From: Raphidiopsis brookii D9
Lineage (GTDB): Bacteria; Cyanobacteriota; Cyanobacteriia; Cyanobacteriales; Nostocaceae
Length of the DNA: 32,000 nucleotides
Assembly (NCBI GenBank): GCA_000175855.1
Contig: ACYB01000022.1
Coordinates: 71,026-103,025, forward strand
Direction of reading: 5' to 3'
Part shown: one piece after another, positions 8,268 to 17,334 of the stretch
How positions within the stretch are numbered: position 1 is the first letter of the stretch
How the letters are laid out: each line of letters opens with the position of its first letter
The notes under the pieces: model-generated
Told to the model about the DNA's origin: nothing
Database searches by the model: none
What the model saw: only the letters and a program-made list of their open reading frames with translations
Position numbers and translations under genes: made by a program

Positions 8268-10013
8268 ATGATTTCACAAAAGAATAATATAAAGTTACCA
8301 TACCAACGCTGGCACATAGCAAAGCAAAACCAAGAACTAGCTCAAAATTTAGCAAGTGTCAATAATGTTTCTCCCATTATAGGTCAGTTGTTAATTAATA
8401 GAGGTATGGAAACACCAGAAATAGCTACTAGATTTATCAATCCTGAATGTATAAATTTACCCTCTCCCTTAGATGAGTTCCCGGATTTAGTCATCAGTGT
8501 AGAATTATTGGCAAGTGCTATTAGAAACCATGAGAAAATTGCTATCTGCGGGGATTATGATGCTGATGGCATGACTAGTACAGCTTTGCTGTTACGCAGT
8601 CTTGGAGCTTTAGGTGCAAACATTGATTATGCTATTCCCAGTAGAATGCACGAGGGTTATGGAATCAATAAACGAATTGTGGAAGAATTTCACCGTGAAG
8701 GGGTCAGTTTAATTCTAACCGTAGATAATGGTATTGCTGCTTTTGAACCTATTGCAAGAGCAAAAGAGTTGGGTTTGAAAGTGATTATTACGGATCACCA
8801 TGATTTACCTCCCCAATTACCAATTGCTGATGCAATTCTTAACCCCAAATTAATATCTCTATCTTCTCCTTATAGAGGTCTTGCTGGTGTGGGTGTAGCC
8901 TATGTTTTAGCTGTATGTTTAGCTCAACATTTGGAAAAAATCACAGGTCTAGTTCAACCTATGTTGGATTTATTTACTTTGGGAACTATTGCTGACCTAG
9001 CTCCTTTAACTGGTGTTAATCGTCGTTGGATAAAACGGGGCTTAAAATCATTATATAAGTCCAATTTACCTGGTGTTCAGGCTTTAATTCAAGTCTCTGG
9101 GGTACAAGATTCTAAGTCTTTAAAACCAGAAGATATTGGATTTCGTCTGGGACCAAGAATCAATGCTGTGGGTAGAATTGGCAATCCTCAAATTGTGATC
9201 GAATTACTAACTACGGATGATATGGGAATTGCTTTGGAACGAGCAATGCAATGTGAGCAAATAAATGCTGAACGTCAAAAAATCTGTGAGGAAATCCAAG
9301 GAGAGGCAATATTATTGGTTGAAAATTTATATGCACAAAATTTGCATCAAGACCGAGTTCTGGTCGTAGTCAAAGATAATTGGCATCACGGTGTAATTGG
9401 CATTGTCGCTTCTCGTCTCGTAGAACGTTATGGAGTTCCCGTCTTTATCGGTACTTACGAAAATAATGACCTGGTTCGTGGTTCCGCAAGGGGAATACCT
9501 GAATTTAATGTGTTTGATGCTTTGGAGTTTAGCAGCGATTTACTACATAAACATGGTGGACATAAAGCTGCTGCTGGGTTTTCTTTACCCGCAGCTAATC
9601 TAGAAAATTTTCGATTGCGTTTATCAGAGTTTGCCAATCAATGTCTGGAAGTTCAACATCTCAAACCACTATTAAGAATAGATGGTCAAATCAATTTTTG
9701 TCAGATCAATCGGGATTTATTCCAACAGTTGAATATTCTTCATCCCTGTGGAATTGAAAACCCTGACCCTATGTTTTGGACTCCCCAAGTACGGGTGGTA
9801 GAACAGCAAATGATTGGTAAGGGTAGTATTAAGTTGACTTTGGCTCAAATCATAGATAATACAAGATATGAAATTAGAGCTTTGGCTTGGCGATGGGGTG
9901 ATTATTTCCCTTTACCCTTCACTATTGATATTGCTTATAAGTTGCGGGAAAATAACTTTAATGGTGCGAATGATATTGAGTTGGAGTTGGTCGGTGTTAG
10001 GTTACCTCAATAG
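8268..10013 (+). CDS. recJ: single-stranded-DNA-specific exonuclease RecJ
   Basis: 581 aa with DHH-family motifs GDYDADGMTS, TVDNG and ITDHHD, plus the DHHA1 motif GGHKAAAG. Confidence 0.92.
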   Translation: MISQKNNIKLPYQRWHIAKQNQELAQNLASVNNVSPIIGQLLINRGMETPEIATRFINPECINLPSPLDEFPDLVISVELLASAIRNHEKIAICGDYDADGMTSTALLLRSLGALGANIDYAIPSRMHEGYGINKRIVEEFHREGVSLILTVDNGIAAFEPIARAKELGLKVIITDHHDLPPQLPIADAILNPKLISLSSPYRGLAGVGVAYVLAVCLAQHLEKITGLVQPMLDLFTLGTIADLAPLTGVNRRWIKRGLKSLYKSNLPGVQALIQVSGVQDSKSLKPEDIGFRLGPRINAVGRIGNPQIVIELLTTDDMGIALERAMQCEQINAERQKICEEIQGEAILLVENLYAQNLHQDRVLVVVKDNWHHGVIGIVASRLVERYGVPVFIGTYENNDLVRGSARGIPEFNVFDALEFSSDLLHKHGGHKAAAGFSLPAANLENFRLRLSEFANQCLEVQHLKPLLRIDGQINFCQINRDLFQQLNILHPCGIENPDPMFWTPQVRVVEQQMIGKGSIKLTLAQIIDNTRYEIRALAWRWGDYFPLPFTIDIAYKLRENNFNGANDIELELVGVRLPQ

Positions 10014-10020
10014 TATCATC

Positions 10021-10040
10021 AAAGCTGCAATTACAGCTTT
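10021..10040. terminator. hairpin between convergent recJ and psb30 (AAAGCTG-caatta-CAGCTTT)
   Basis: Perfect 7-bp stem with a 6-nt loop, placed 8 nt after the recJ stop and 22 nt after the psb30 stop. The position suggests a bidirectional terminator. Confidence 0.4.
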
Positions 10041-10061
10041 GACGTAAACTAGTTCAATTGT

Positions 10062-10181
10062 TTAAAGATCCCCGTTACGAAAAGCGAGTACAAAAATTAC
10101 AGCGGGTCCAGCAAGGACAATTAATGCTACACAGGTCAATTGAAACACGACTTCCCAGTTGATATTAGCTAGAGCTTCCAT
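10062..10181 (-). CDS. psb30: photosystem II reaction centre protein Psb30 (Ycf12)
   Basis: 39-codon minus-strand ORF below the ORF-track cutoff: [39 protein letters not shown]. It has one TM helix and the Ycf12 pattern (N.E..FQLT…GP.VIF.LAFR.G.L). GGAGGA lies about 7 nt upstream of the ATG. Confidence 0.85.
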   Translation of the reverse strand: MEALANINWEVVFQLTCVALIVLAGPAVIFVLAFRNGDL

Positions 10182-10313
10182 TTTTCCTCCCAAGGGGTTT
10201 AAAAAATTAAATAATTCAAATTGCTCAAGGGCAATTTTTCCTACTATATCAATATACCAAAAAACAGGATCAGTTCATGTCTGTTTTTGTTTCATCTATT
10301 ATGGAGGTATTTT

Positions 10314-10667
10314 ATGGCTACTTGGCAATGTGTTAAGCAGTGTGGTGCTTGCTGTCATCTTGATCCTAGCGATCGCCCCTATTTATCCGATTATCTCTCA
10401 CCTACAGAACTCTCACTCTATCTCCGTTTGGTAGGTGAGGATGGTTGGTGTGTTAATTTTGATCGTCAAACACGGGAATGTACTATTTATAGGGATCGTC
10501 CTTCATTTTGTCGGGTAGAGTCTAAAACTTTTGAAAAGATGTATGGTATCAAACCAGAGGAATTAAATGACTTCGCTATTGACTGTTGTCATCAACAGAT
10601 AGATTCTGTATATGGCGATCGCAGTTTAGAAATGATTCGATTTAAGCACATCCTAGGTCTTGAGTAA
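10314..10667 (+). CDS. YkgJ-family cysteine-cluster (putative zinc/iron-chelating) protein
   Basis: MATWQCVKQCGACCHLDP… carries the CxxCxxCC signature and further conserved Cys residues. The ATG at 10314 is preceded by GGAGG. The upstream extension in the track (from 10221) looks non-coding. Confidence 0.8.
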   Translation: MATWQCVKQCGACCHLDPSDRPYLSDYLSPTELSLYLRLVGEDGWCVNFDRQTRECTIYRDRPSFCRVESKTFEKMYGIKPEELNDFAIDCCHQQIDSVYGDRSLEMIRFKHILGLE

Positions 10668-10722
10668 GGATCTTTTTTAAAAACTTGTCATTGGTGATTA
10701 CTTATGAGATAATGATAAAAAT

Positions 10723-11078
10723 ATGAAAAAATCCGTTAGCACTGTGAAAATTGATACTTTGGATTTAACCATTACTGCACCCCAGACAAAAAAGTCTGAC
10801 TCGGTTTGGGTGGTGTTTGCAACGACCTTCATTACCATTTTTTGGCGGAAATAGGTGATAAGACTCAATTATCAACATTATTAATGAGTGCCCAATCCCA
10901 TGCGCCTTGGTTAGTATTCCTGGGAGCAGGAGCTGCTTTGGTAACCACCAGTTTACTAGGAGTGCTGCTTGGTGGTTTTATTGCTAGTAGACTTAGTCCT
11001 AAAACAGTAGAAAAATCAGCGGGATTGGTACTACTGTTAGTTTCTTCCATGTTATTTTGGGACGTGATTCACGGTTAA
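10723..11078 (+). pseudogene. UPF0016 (GDT1/TMEM165/Mnx-type) half-size membrane protein, first of a pair; N-terminus out of frame because of a T6 run at 10838-10843
   Basis: ATG 10723 gives MKKSVSTVKIDTLDLTITAPQTKKSDSVWVVFATTFITIF, then WRK-stop at 10852-10854. The adjacent frame continues LAEIGDKTQLSTLLMSAQS… with the family E-x-GDK-T/S motif. One extra T would fuse them into 118 aa. Confidence 0.75.
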
Positions 11079-11095
11079 GTTAATCAATTAATATA

Positions 11096-11401
11096 ATGAT
11101 GGGTATAGATATGGATTGGAATCTTCTGGGAATTAGCTTTATTACCGTGTTTCTTTCCGAACTGGGTGATAAGAGTCAACTAGCTGCGATCGCATTGTCT
11201 GGTCAAGGACAATCTAGAAAGGCTATATTTTTTGGCACCGCAGCTGCGCTGGTGTTCACTAGTTTGCTGGGTGTGTTAGCTGGGGGAGCGGTAGCACAAT
11301 TATTACCCACTAGAATCTTAAAGACAATTGCAGCTATTGGTTTTGCTGTTTTGGCTATTCGTCTTTTACTACCTGGGAATGAAGACGATCGCGCTTCCTA
11401 A
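11096..11401 (+). CDS. UPF0016 (GDT1/TMEM165/Mnx-type) half-size membrane protein, second of the pair
   Basis: 101 aa with three hydrophobic segments and the signature FLSELGDKSQLAAIALSG. The start could instead be the ATG at 11111 (MDWNLLG…). Confidence 0.85.
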   Translation: MMGIDMDWNLLGISFITVFLSELGDKSQLAAIALSGQGQSRKAIFFGTAAALVFTSLLGVLAGGAVAQLLPTRILKTIAAIGFAVLAIRLLLPGNEDDRAS

Positions 11402-11436
11402 AAGCGATCGCCTTATATGGTCAAACCTGAGTTAAA

Positions 11437-11940
11437 CTAGATTGCCATGATTTCTCTGTCATTCCAACAGCGATTAAATAACCAACCAGCTCCTACTAAC
11501 TTAATAACTTCTAGGATAAAATAACCACCATGTAGTAGGTTCATGGTTTCTGGGACTGTACCAGGTGTGACCACCAAACTCAAATTACTACCCAGGGCGG
11601 ACATTTGGGGGGTGAGGAGATAGGTATCTAATAGGGCCACCATGAGCAATAAACAGGACCAACATATACAACTTAGGTTCCACTTTGACTTGGCTTTACC
11701 TATAGCCAATATGGCGGTCAATACTACTGCAGCAGCTACTAACTCCACACGGTTAAAATTCCAAAAAATGGTATAGCCCGCCATGGTAAAATTTGCTTCT
11801 TTCATCATACCAGTAATGTAAAGACTGGGCATGATTAACCCATCTAGTACCATGCTAGCGCTGAGCCAAAAACCCAGGGTGAAGATCACGGTGGTTTGCC
11901 AACCGGATCTTTTAAATTGAAGGTTAGATATATTGTTCAT
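11437..11940 (-). CDS. hypothetical integral membrane protein (about 4 TM)
   Basis: 167-aa ORF with an ATG start and four clear hydrophobic helices. I recognise no family motif. Confidence 0.6.
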   Translation of the reverse strand: MNNISNLQFKRSGWQTTVIFTLGFWLSASMVLDGLIMPSLYITGMMKEANFTMAGYTIFWNFNRVELVAAAVVLTAILAIGKAKSKWNLSCICWSCLLLMVALLDTYLLTPQMSALGSNLSLVVTPGTVPETMNLLHGGYFILEVIKLVGAGWLFNRCWNDREIMAI

Positions 11941-12103
11941 AAAACTATGATTGCTGTAATTCTTTTAATTACGTAATTAGGGTGTCTGAGAACACTAGAA
12001 AATCAGGTTGGGAAAATTGCCGACTACCTAAAGTGCCATACTATTTTAGTTTCTATCCAAAAATCCAATTTGACAACGAATATGAACCAAATGTTACAAA
12101 TCG

Positions 12104-13276
12104 TTATCTTTCTCCCAGGGATGGGGTAATAACCTGCTGGGGAATAACTTCTGTCATCACCTGACCAGAACTACCACCCTTAACGATAATATTTTCCGTT
12201 GCCAAATTGCCAATAGCGGTTGACCCTTGGAAAGTCAGGGGTGGTTCCATCTGATGATAAATGACCTTTCCCTGAGCTTCGACCAATTTTCGCTCTAAAT
12301 ACCAAGTAAGTCGGTCTGATTTTAAATATTGATTACGTTGCCCAATTGCCTTAACATCACCTGTTAAATAAACCGTTTTCTGTAGCAATTTCATTTCCGC
12401 TTGATTGCCAGATACTGTTATATTCTCCCCTTGATGAATTACCCTTACGGGCACATTACTTTTGACAATTTCTTGATTAATATCCCAGGAGATCGCATTG
12501 CTATTAATTTGCATTGGTGGGTTAATTAACTGGAGTTTGGCTTCCGGTCCTAGGGTAGTAATTTTGGTTTTCAAATTAACCTCTATACCCTTTCCTTGAG
12601 CGCGATCAGTAAATTGATTGTTTTGATAACGTTGAATTTCCACAGGGCGATCGCCCACCAACTTTTCTGATTGAACTTGCCAAAGTAGGCGTTCGGTTTT
12701 GATTTGTAATTTAGGGTCATTAGAAACGGCAAATACCTGACCGGTAAACTCCACTTGTTGTTGACGAGTTTTAACTCTAGCTTCCTGGGCGGTGGCTTTC
12801 AATTGACGATGACGACCATTAAACTGATTACGGACTATTAATAAATCTTCCTGGGGTCGCCATTCTAATTCATTCCCTTCCAATATTGCTCCATTACGAG
12901 GATCTCTAGCCACAATCTTACCCTTGAGCACAAGTTTTTTACCATCTTGCTGAATATCCGCCGTTTCTGCTTTAATTGTATAAACTACTTTACCATCTTG
13001 ATATAGTTCACCCTGGGGATTTTTGGCTTGACCAATTTCCTTTTCTTTAGTATATTTTGCCTCCCGTGCTTGCACCTTCCAAAATGGTTTGCCATCCTGG
13101 TCAAATTGCTCCAAACTAACACCAAAAAAAGTCAACTGACTATCACTCCTCAACCTATCAGAATCAGAATTATTCTCCACTGGAGAAATAGTAGATGAAC
13201 CCGAGCAACCAAATAATCCCGTTAACAATAATAAAATCACTGACAAATAACTAAAATTTTTAGGCATATTTAACAT
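12104..13276 (-). CDS. LptC/OstA-like periplasmic lipoprotein (LPS-export-type beta-jellyroll repeats)
   Basis: Lipoprotein signal peptide with lipobox (…LLLLTGLFGC) followed by a long beta-rich K/Q/E-rich repetitive body, typical of cyanobacterial LptC-annotated proteins. The start is uncertain: ATGs at 13351, 13276 and 13267. The later ones give a canonical signal peptide. Confidence 0.6.
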   Translation of the reverse strand: MLNMPKNFSYLSVILLLLTGLFGCSGSSTISPVENNSDSDRLRSDSQLTFFGVSLEQFDQDGKPFWKVQAREAKYTKEKEIGQAKNPQGELYQDGKVVYTIKAETADIQQDGKKLVLKGKIVARDPRNGAILEGNELEWRPQEDLLIVRNQFNGRHRQLKATAQEARVKTRQQQVEFTGQVFAVSNDPKLQIKTERLLWQVQSEKLVGDRPVEIQRYQNNQFTDRAQGKGIEVNLKTKITTLGPEAKLQLINPPMQINSNAISWDINQEIVKSNVPVRVIHQGENITVSGNQAEMKLLQKTVYLTGDVKAIGQRNQYLKSDRLTWYLERKLVEAQGKVIYHQMEPPLTFQGSTAIGNLATENIIVKGGSSGQVMTEVIPQQVITPSLGER

Positions 13277-13375
13277 ATAAAAGCACATAAAACTGTAGCG
13301 GGAGGAATTGGATTTACTTCCCCTCAAGAAATTGCGCATTAACGCTCCCATAATTCCCGCTTAGTTGGTTTTGCA

Positions 13376-14053
13376 TTATTCTGGAATCTGTAAATGTCCT
13401 TCACTATCTTGATGGTCGTCCAAGAATCCCATACTGGATAATGGTCTGTAGGGATAACCCTGACGAGGTGTCTTTTGGATATCCTCCCTAATCGCTTCCA
13501 AATCAATATAGCGATCGCTCACATTAATCAAGCTGTCACTGGTCATGGAGCGTAGACTAACAACTTCCACCCTGACACCACGATAACTGACCGAGTTAAC
13601 AGCATAGGCCAAATCGCCATCACCGCTGACCAAAACTGCGGTGTCATAGGAGTCTACTAAAGCCATCATATCCACAGCTATCTCCACATCTAGGTTAGCT
13701 TTTTTGGAACCATCTGGCAATTGTACCAAATCCTTAGCTATGACTCGATAACCATTGCGACGCATCCACAACAAAAATCCCTGTTGCTTCTCATTAGTCC
13801 GGTCTACACCGGTATAGAAAAAAGCCCGTAATAGCCTTGATCCACCAGTCAACCGACATAATAGTTTAGTGTAATCAATTTCGATACCTAATTGCAAAGC
13901 TGCATAAAATAAATTTGAGCCATCAATAAATATTGCCACTCGACCCCGATTTTCCAAAACCTGTTCTGGCGTAAAAATCGAGTCATTTTCCAAATTATTC
14001 AACATCATTGTTAGACCTCGGTTGTTATCCATGTCGTCTGCGATAGAAATCAT
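13376..14053 (-). CDS. NYN-domain (LabA-like, PIN-related) protein
   Basis: …RVAIFIDGSNLFYAALQLGIEIDYTKLL…VLVSGDGDLAYAV… is the NYN/LabA signature. The track start at 14155 is TTG. The first ATG is at 14053, with others at 14032 and 14008. Confidence 0.78.
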   Translation of the reverse strand: MISIADDMDNNRGLTMMLNNLENDSIFTPEQVLENRGRVAIFIDGSNLFYAALQLGIEIDYTKLLCRLTGGSRLLRAFFYTGVDRTNEKQQGFLLWMRRNGYRVIAKDLVQLPDGSKKANLDVEIAVDMMALVDSYDTAVLVSGDGDLAYAVNSVSYRGVRVEVVSLRSMTSDSLINVSDRYIDLEAIREDIQKTPRQGYPYRPLSSMGFLDDHQDSEGHLQIPE

Positions 14054-14238
14054 TAAATTCACGCCCTTACTAGATTGGGTTAATTGACTCAGAAAAATGT
14101 CAGTTTTATTACACCTCCCCACGGTAACAAACACCTCCAGCAGTAACCTTTGCAATGAAAAGACAAATGTTGAGAGGGTTAAATCCGGTTTTTTCCCAAC
14201 AGACCAAATTCAGTTGTTTAACTCAATAATAGAAATTG

Positions 14239-15840
14239 TTAACTGTCTTTTGGTAGTTCTATCCGTTTGAAAATTGGCTCAGGTGTGCCTAACTGTTGTT
14301 TATTCGATAGTACGCCCCATGTTGCATGGGTAGTAAAAGGTGCAACAGTGGAGGTTTCTTTTGGATTGTTAAAATTGATTCCCCATCCTAATTGCTGATA
14401 AATATCGCTACTGATATTAGGAATAATTGGCGATAGTAAATAAGCTGCTAGTCTCACCGATTCCAGAACGGTGTACAACACTGTTGCTACCTGGTTCTGT
14501 TTTCCTTGTTTATATAATGACCAAGGAGCTTGTTCATCTATAAACTTGTTGCTGGTTTGAACTAATAACATTACAGCTTGGGCTACCTCATTGAAAGCTA
14601 AAACTGAATAAGCTTGTTTAACTTTCTCCCCCAATTGCCCACCAATTGTCTTTAAGGTATTCTCAGGGGGAATATCTTGTGGAGCAATGGAGGGAATTTC
14701 CCCAGCACAGTATTTTTTCACCATGTTCAAAGTACGATTTAACAAATTACCTAAGTCATTGGCTAAATCTGCATTTAAAACATGAATGAACCTAATTTCA
14801 TTAAAATCGCCATCCTTACCAAATTCGATTTCCTTAAGGAAGTAATAACGAACAGCATCACTACCATATTTTTTCACCAGCGCTACAGGATCAACAGTAT
14901 TACCCAGAGTCTTCCCCATTTTTTGACCATCTTTAGTCAAAAATCCATGTCCGAATACTTGTTGTGGCAAGGGCAAATTAGCTGATATCAGCATAGCTGG
15001 CCAATATACGGCATGAAATCTTAATATATCTTTACCAATTAAATGTAAGTTAATTGGCCACCATTTAGATACGGCATTTTCTAAAGTTGCTTCTGTTCCT
15101 GGTTCTAATAGTGCTGTTATGTAGCCTAAAAGTGCATCAAACCAAACATAAAGGGTATGTTCGGTATCCACAGGTACAGGAAAGCCCCAATCTAAATTGA
15201 CCCGCGAAATTGAAAAATCCTGTAAACCTTGACTAACAAAGCTAAGAACTTCATTTCGCCGACTAGCAGGTTGAATAAAGTTTGGATGGGATTGATAAAA
15301 CTCCTCTAGTGGTTTTTGATACTTAGATAAACGAAAAAAGTAATTTTGTTCATCGCGCCATTCTACTTCCTTGGTGGTATGGATAGGACAGCGCTTACCT
15401 TCTATCAGCTCCCTTTCTTCTTTAAACTCTTCACAGGATACGCAGTACCAACCCTTCTGCTCTCCTCGGTATATATCACCCTGTTCCCAAACTCTATTAA
15501 AAAATTCTTTGACAATTGCCTGATGCTTTAAATCAGTGGTACGACTAAATCGATCATATTGAATGTTCAAAATTTGCCATAAATCAATAAAACTAGGGAC
15601 AATTTGATCACAAAATTCCTGGGGTGATTTTCCTTGACTTTGTGCTGATCTTTGGATCTTTTGTCCATGTTCGTCTGTTCCAGTAATAAATATTACTTCA
15701 TTACCCAATAAACGCTGAAATCTGGCCATAGTATCTGCAGCTATTGTGGTATAAGCACTACCAATATGGGGAACATCGTTTACATAGTATAGGGGTGTGG
15801 TCAGGGCAAAGGTTTTTGAAGTTTTATTTGTTAGATTCAT
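14239..15840 (-). CDS. metG: methionine--tRNA ligase
   Basis: 533 aa with the HIGH motif (PHIGSAY), KMSKS motif (KMGKT) and a Cys knuckle (CVSCEEF…CPIH). Confidence 0.95.
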   Translation of the reverse strand: MNLTNKTSKTFALTTPLYYVNDVPHIGSAYTTIAADTMARFQRLLGNEVIFITGTDEHGQKIQRSAQSQGKSPQEFCDQIVPSFIDLWQILNIQYDRFSRTTDLKHQAIVKEFFNRVWEQGDIYRGEQKGWYCVSCEEFKEERELIEGKRCPIHTTKEVEWRDEQNYFFRLSKYQKPLEEFYQSHPNFIQPASRRNEVLSFVSQGLQDFSISRVNLDWGFPVPVDTEHTLYVWFDALLGYITALLEPGTEATLENAVSKWWPINLHLIGKDILRFHAVYWPAMLISANLPLPQQVFGHGFLTKDGQKMGKTLGNTVDPVALVKKYGSDAVRYYFLKEIEFGKDGDFNEIRFIHVLNADLANDLGNLLNRTLNMVKKYCAGEIPSIAPQDIPPENTLKTIGGQLGEKVKQAYSVLAFNEVAQAVMLLVQTSNKFIDEQAPWSLYKQGKQNQVATVLYTVLESVRLAAYLLSPIIPNISSDIYQQLGWGINFNNPKETSTVAPFTTHATWGVLSNKQQLGTPEPIFKRIELPKDS

Positions 15841-16483
15841 AGATAATAAAAAAGAAATTATTAAACAGTTTTACCAGCTAGTTAGTTCTGTAAAGCTAGG
15901 CAATTATATAACATTACAGCTATTTTTTCCAACTGTGTTTTGATCATGGCAAGTTAATAACCTCACAATTTTTTCCATTCTATAAACACTAATGATTCTT
16001 CCCTGGGATTAGGAGACAATTAGTCAACAATCACATTCCTGGATTTTGATCACTGTAGTCGCAGAGTGTACTCAGATCAAAAAACTGGGCAAACCAACGG
16101 AAAATCAGGCCTAATCTCTAATTTCTACAGTCCCATCTAATCCCGTTCAGGTTTAAGTATAGAAATGTAAAATATTAATTAAGAAAAATGCCAAATTTTT
16201 ACGCGACATGCAGGAATTAATCGGTAAATAGGTGGGAAAATTTCAGTTTTTAGTATGGACCGATTGTGCTTTGTCAAATACAATCTCATATCCAGACTTC
16301 AACTACCAACCATTGAGATAGATTAACTGCGTCAAGGATTTATTCAGCGATTTCACCTATTTATATATAATTCATTCAAACTTCGCTAAAATCTGTAATT
16401 ATAGTTTCAGACTGAATTAATTTTTATATAGAAAGCTTGATGTAGTTAGCTTTTAATGACTCTATTCCCCGAAAAATACCAAG

Positions 16484-17302
16484 ATGATAGATGTGGAACT
16501 CAAACTCCGGTTTTTAACCCCCAAACCCCTACAACCAGAATATCCATTGTTTATTTATTTACCAGGAATGGATGGAACCGGTGAAATGCTACAGTCACAA
16601 ATTAGCGATTTAGGGCGGGGGTTTGACATTCGTTGTTTAGCAATTCCTAAAACGGATATGAGAGATTGGAACCTATTAACCAGAAATGTCCTCGACTTAA
16701 TTGATATGGAATTGACCACAACATCCGTCAAGAGAGGAAATCGCTCGGTCTATTTGTGTGGTGAATCTTTCGGTGCTTGTTTGGCCATGAAACTAGCTAC
16801 CCAGGCACCAAGTTTGTTTAAACGTATTATTCTAATTAATCCCGCTTCTTCTTTTAAACTAAATCCCTGGATCAGTGTTTCATCCCAAATGACAAATTTA
16901 GTGCCATCATGGTTTTATCCCGTGGGTGCTTGGGGGTTGCTACCCTTTTTAGCATCTTTACCTCGCATATCCAGTCCCCTCCGTCGTCAACTGCTGGAAA
17001 GTATGACCTCCCTCCCTGCAGAAACTATTAATTGGCGATTGTCCTTATTGCGTCACTTTCACCTGGACAATGAGAAAATACAACAAATCAAACAAGAGAC
17101 ACTGTTAATCGCTGGAGCGAGCGATCGCCTGTTACCATCCCTTACAGAGGTAAGAAGATTAGGAAGGATGTTACCAAATAGTAGGACAGTTATCTTACCT
17201 GATAGTGGTCACGCTTGTCTAGTGGAGGAAGAGATAAATCTATATAAAATTCTCCAAGACCAGGGATTTTCCGAGAAAGTTTCCCTCAATAGAAAATTTT
17301 AG
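16484..17302 (+). CDS. alpha/beta-fold hydrolase
   Basis: 272 aa with the nucleophile elbow GESFG, a later D (ASDRL) and H (SGHACL), consistent with a Ser-Asp-His triad. Confidence 0.8.
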   Translation: MIDVELKLRFLTPKPLQPEYPLFIYLPGMDGTGEMLQSQISDLGRGFDIRCLAIPKTDMRDWNLLTRNVLDLIDMELTTTSVKRGNRSVYLCGESFGACLAMKLATQAPSLFKRIILINPASSFKLNPWISVSSQMTNLVPSWFYPVGAWGLLPFLASLPRISSPLRRQLLESMTSLPAETINWRLSLLRHFHLDNEKIQQIKQETLLIAGASDRLLPSLTEVRRLGRMLPNSRTVILPDSGHACLVEEEINLYKILQDQGFSEKVSLNRKF

Positions 17303-17334
17303 GCCATACTGGAAGCAGGTAAAAACAAGAAAAA

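Noticed and set aside
10159-10434. 91-aa plus-strand ORF, and the 10221 start of the 148-aa ORF
   Set aside because: The first is antisense to psb30 and out of frame with the YkgJ-type gene. The second is an upstream extension through non-coding DNA. The SD-preceded ATG at 10314 fits the family N-terminus.
10668-10722. Mn-sensing yybP-ykoY riboswitch upstream of the UPF0016 genes
   Set aside because: Only 55 nt separate the upstream stop from the ATG, which is too short for the riboswitch. I saw none of its conserved G-rich or GAGA-type segments.
10806-10860. Taking the ORF-track TTG start at 10806 at face value for the first UPF0016 gene
   Set aside because: It yields a polar N-terminus (GGVCNDLHYHF) where the family requires a TM helix. 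That helix is present in the neighbouring frame from ATG 10723, so a frameshift is the better explanation.
16002-16151. Long-range complementarities (CCTGGGATTAG with CTAATCCC…AGG, and TTTTGATC with GATCAAAA) suggesting a large RNA fold in the metG-hydrolase spacer
   Set aside because: These are 8-bp matches, and about 3 such matches are expected by chance in 640 bp. They are interrupted by bulges, so they are not significant without covariation data.
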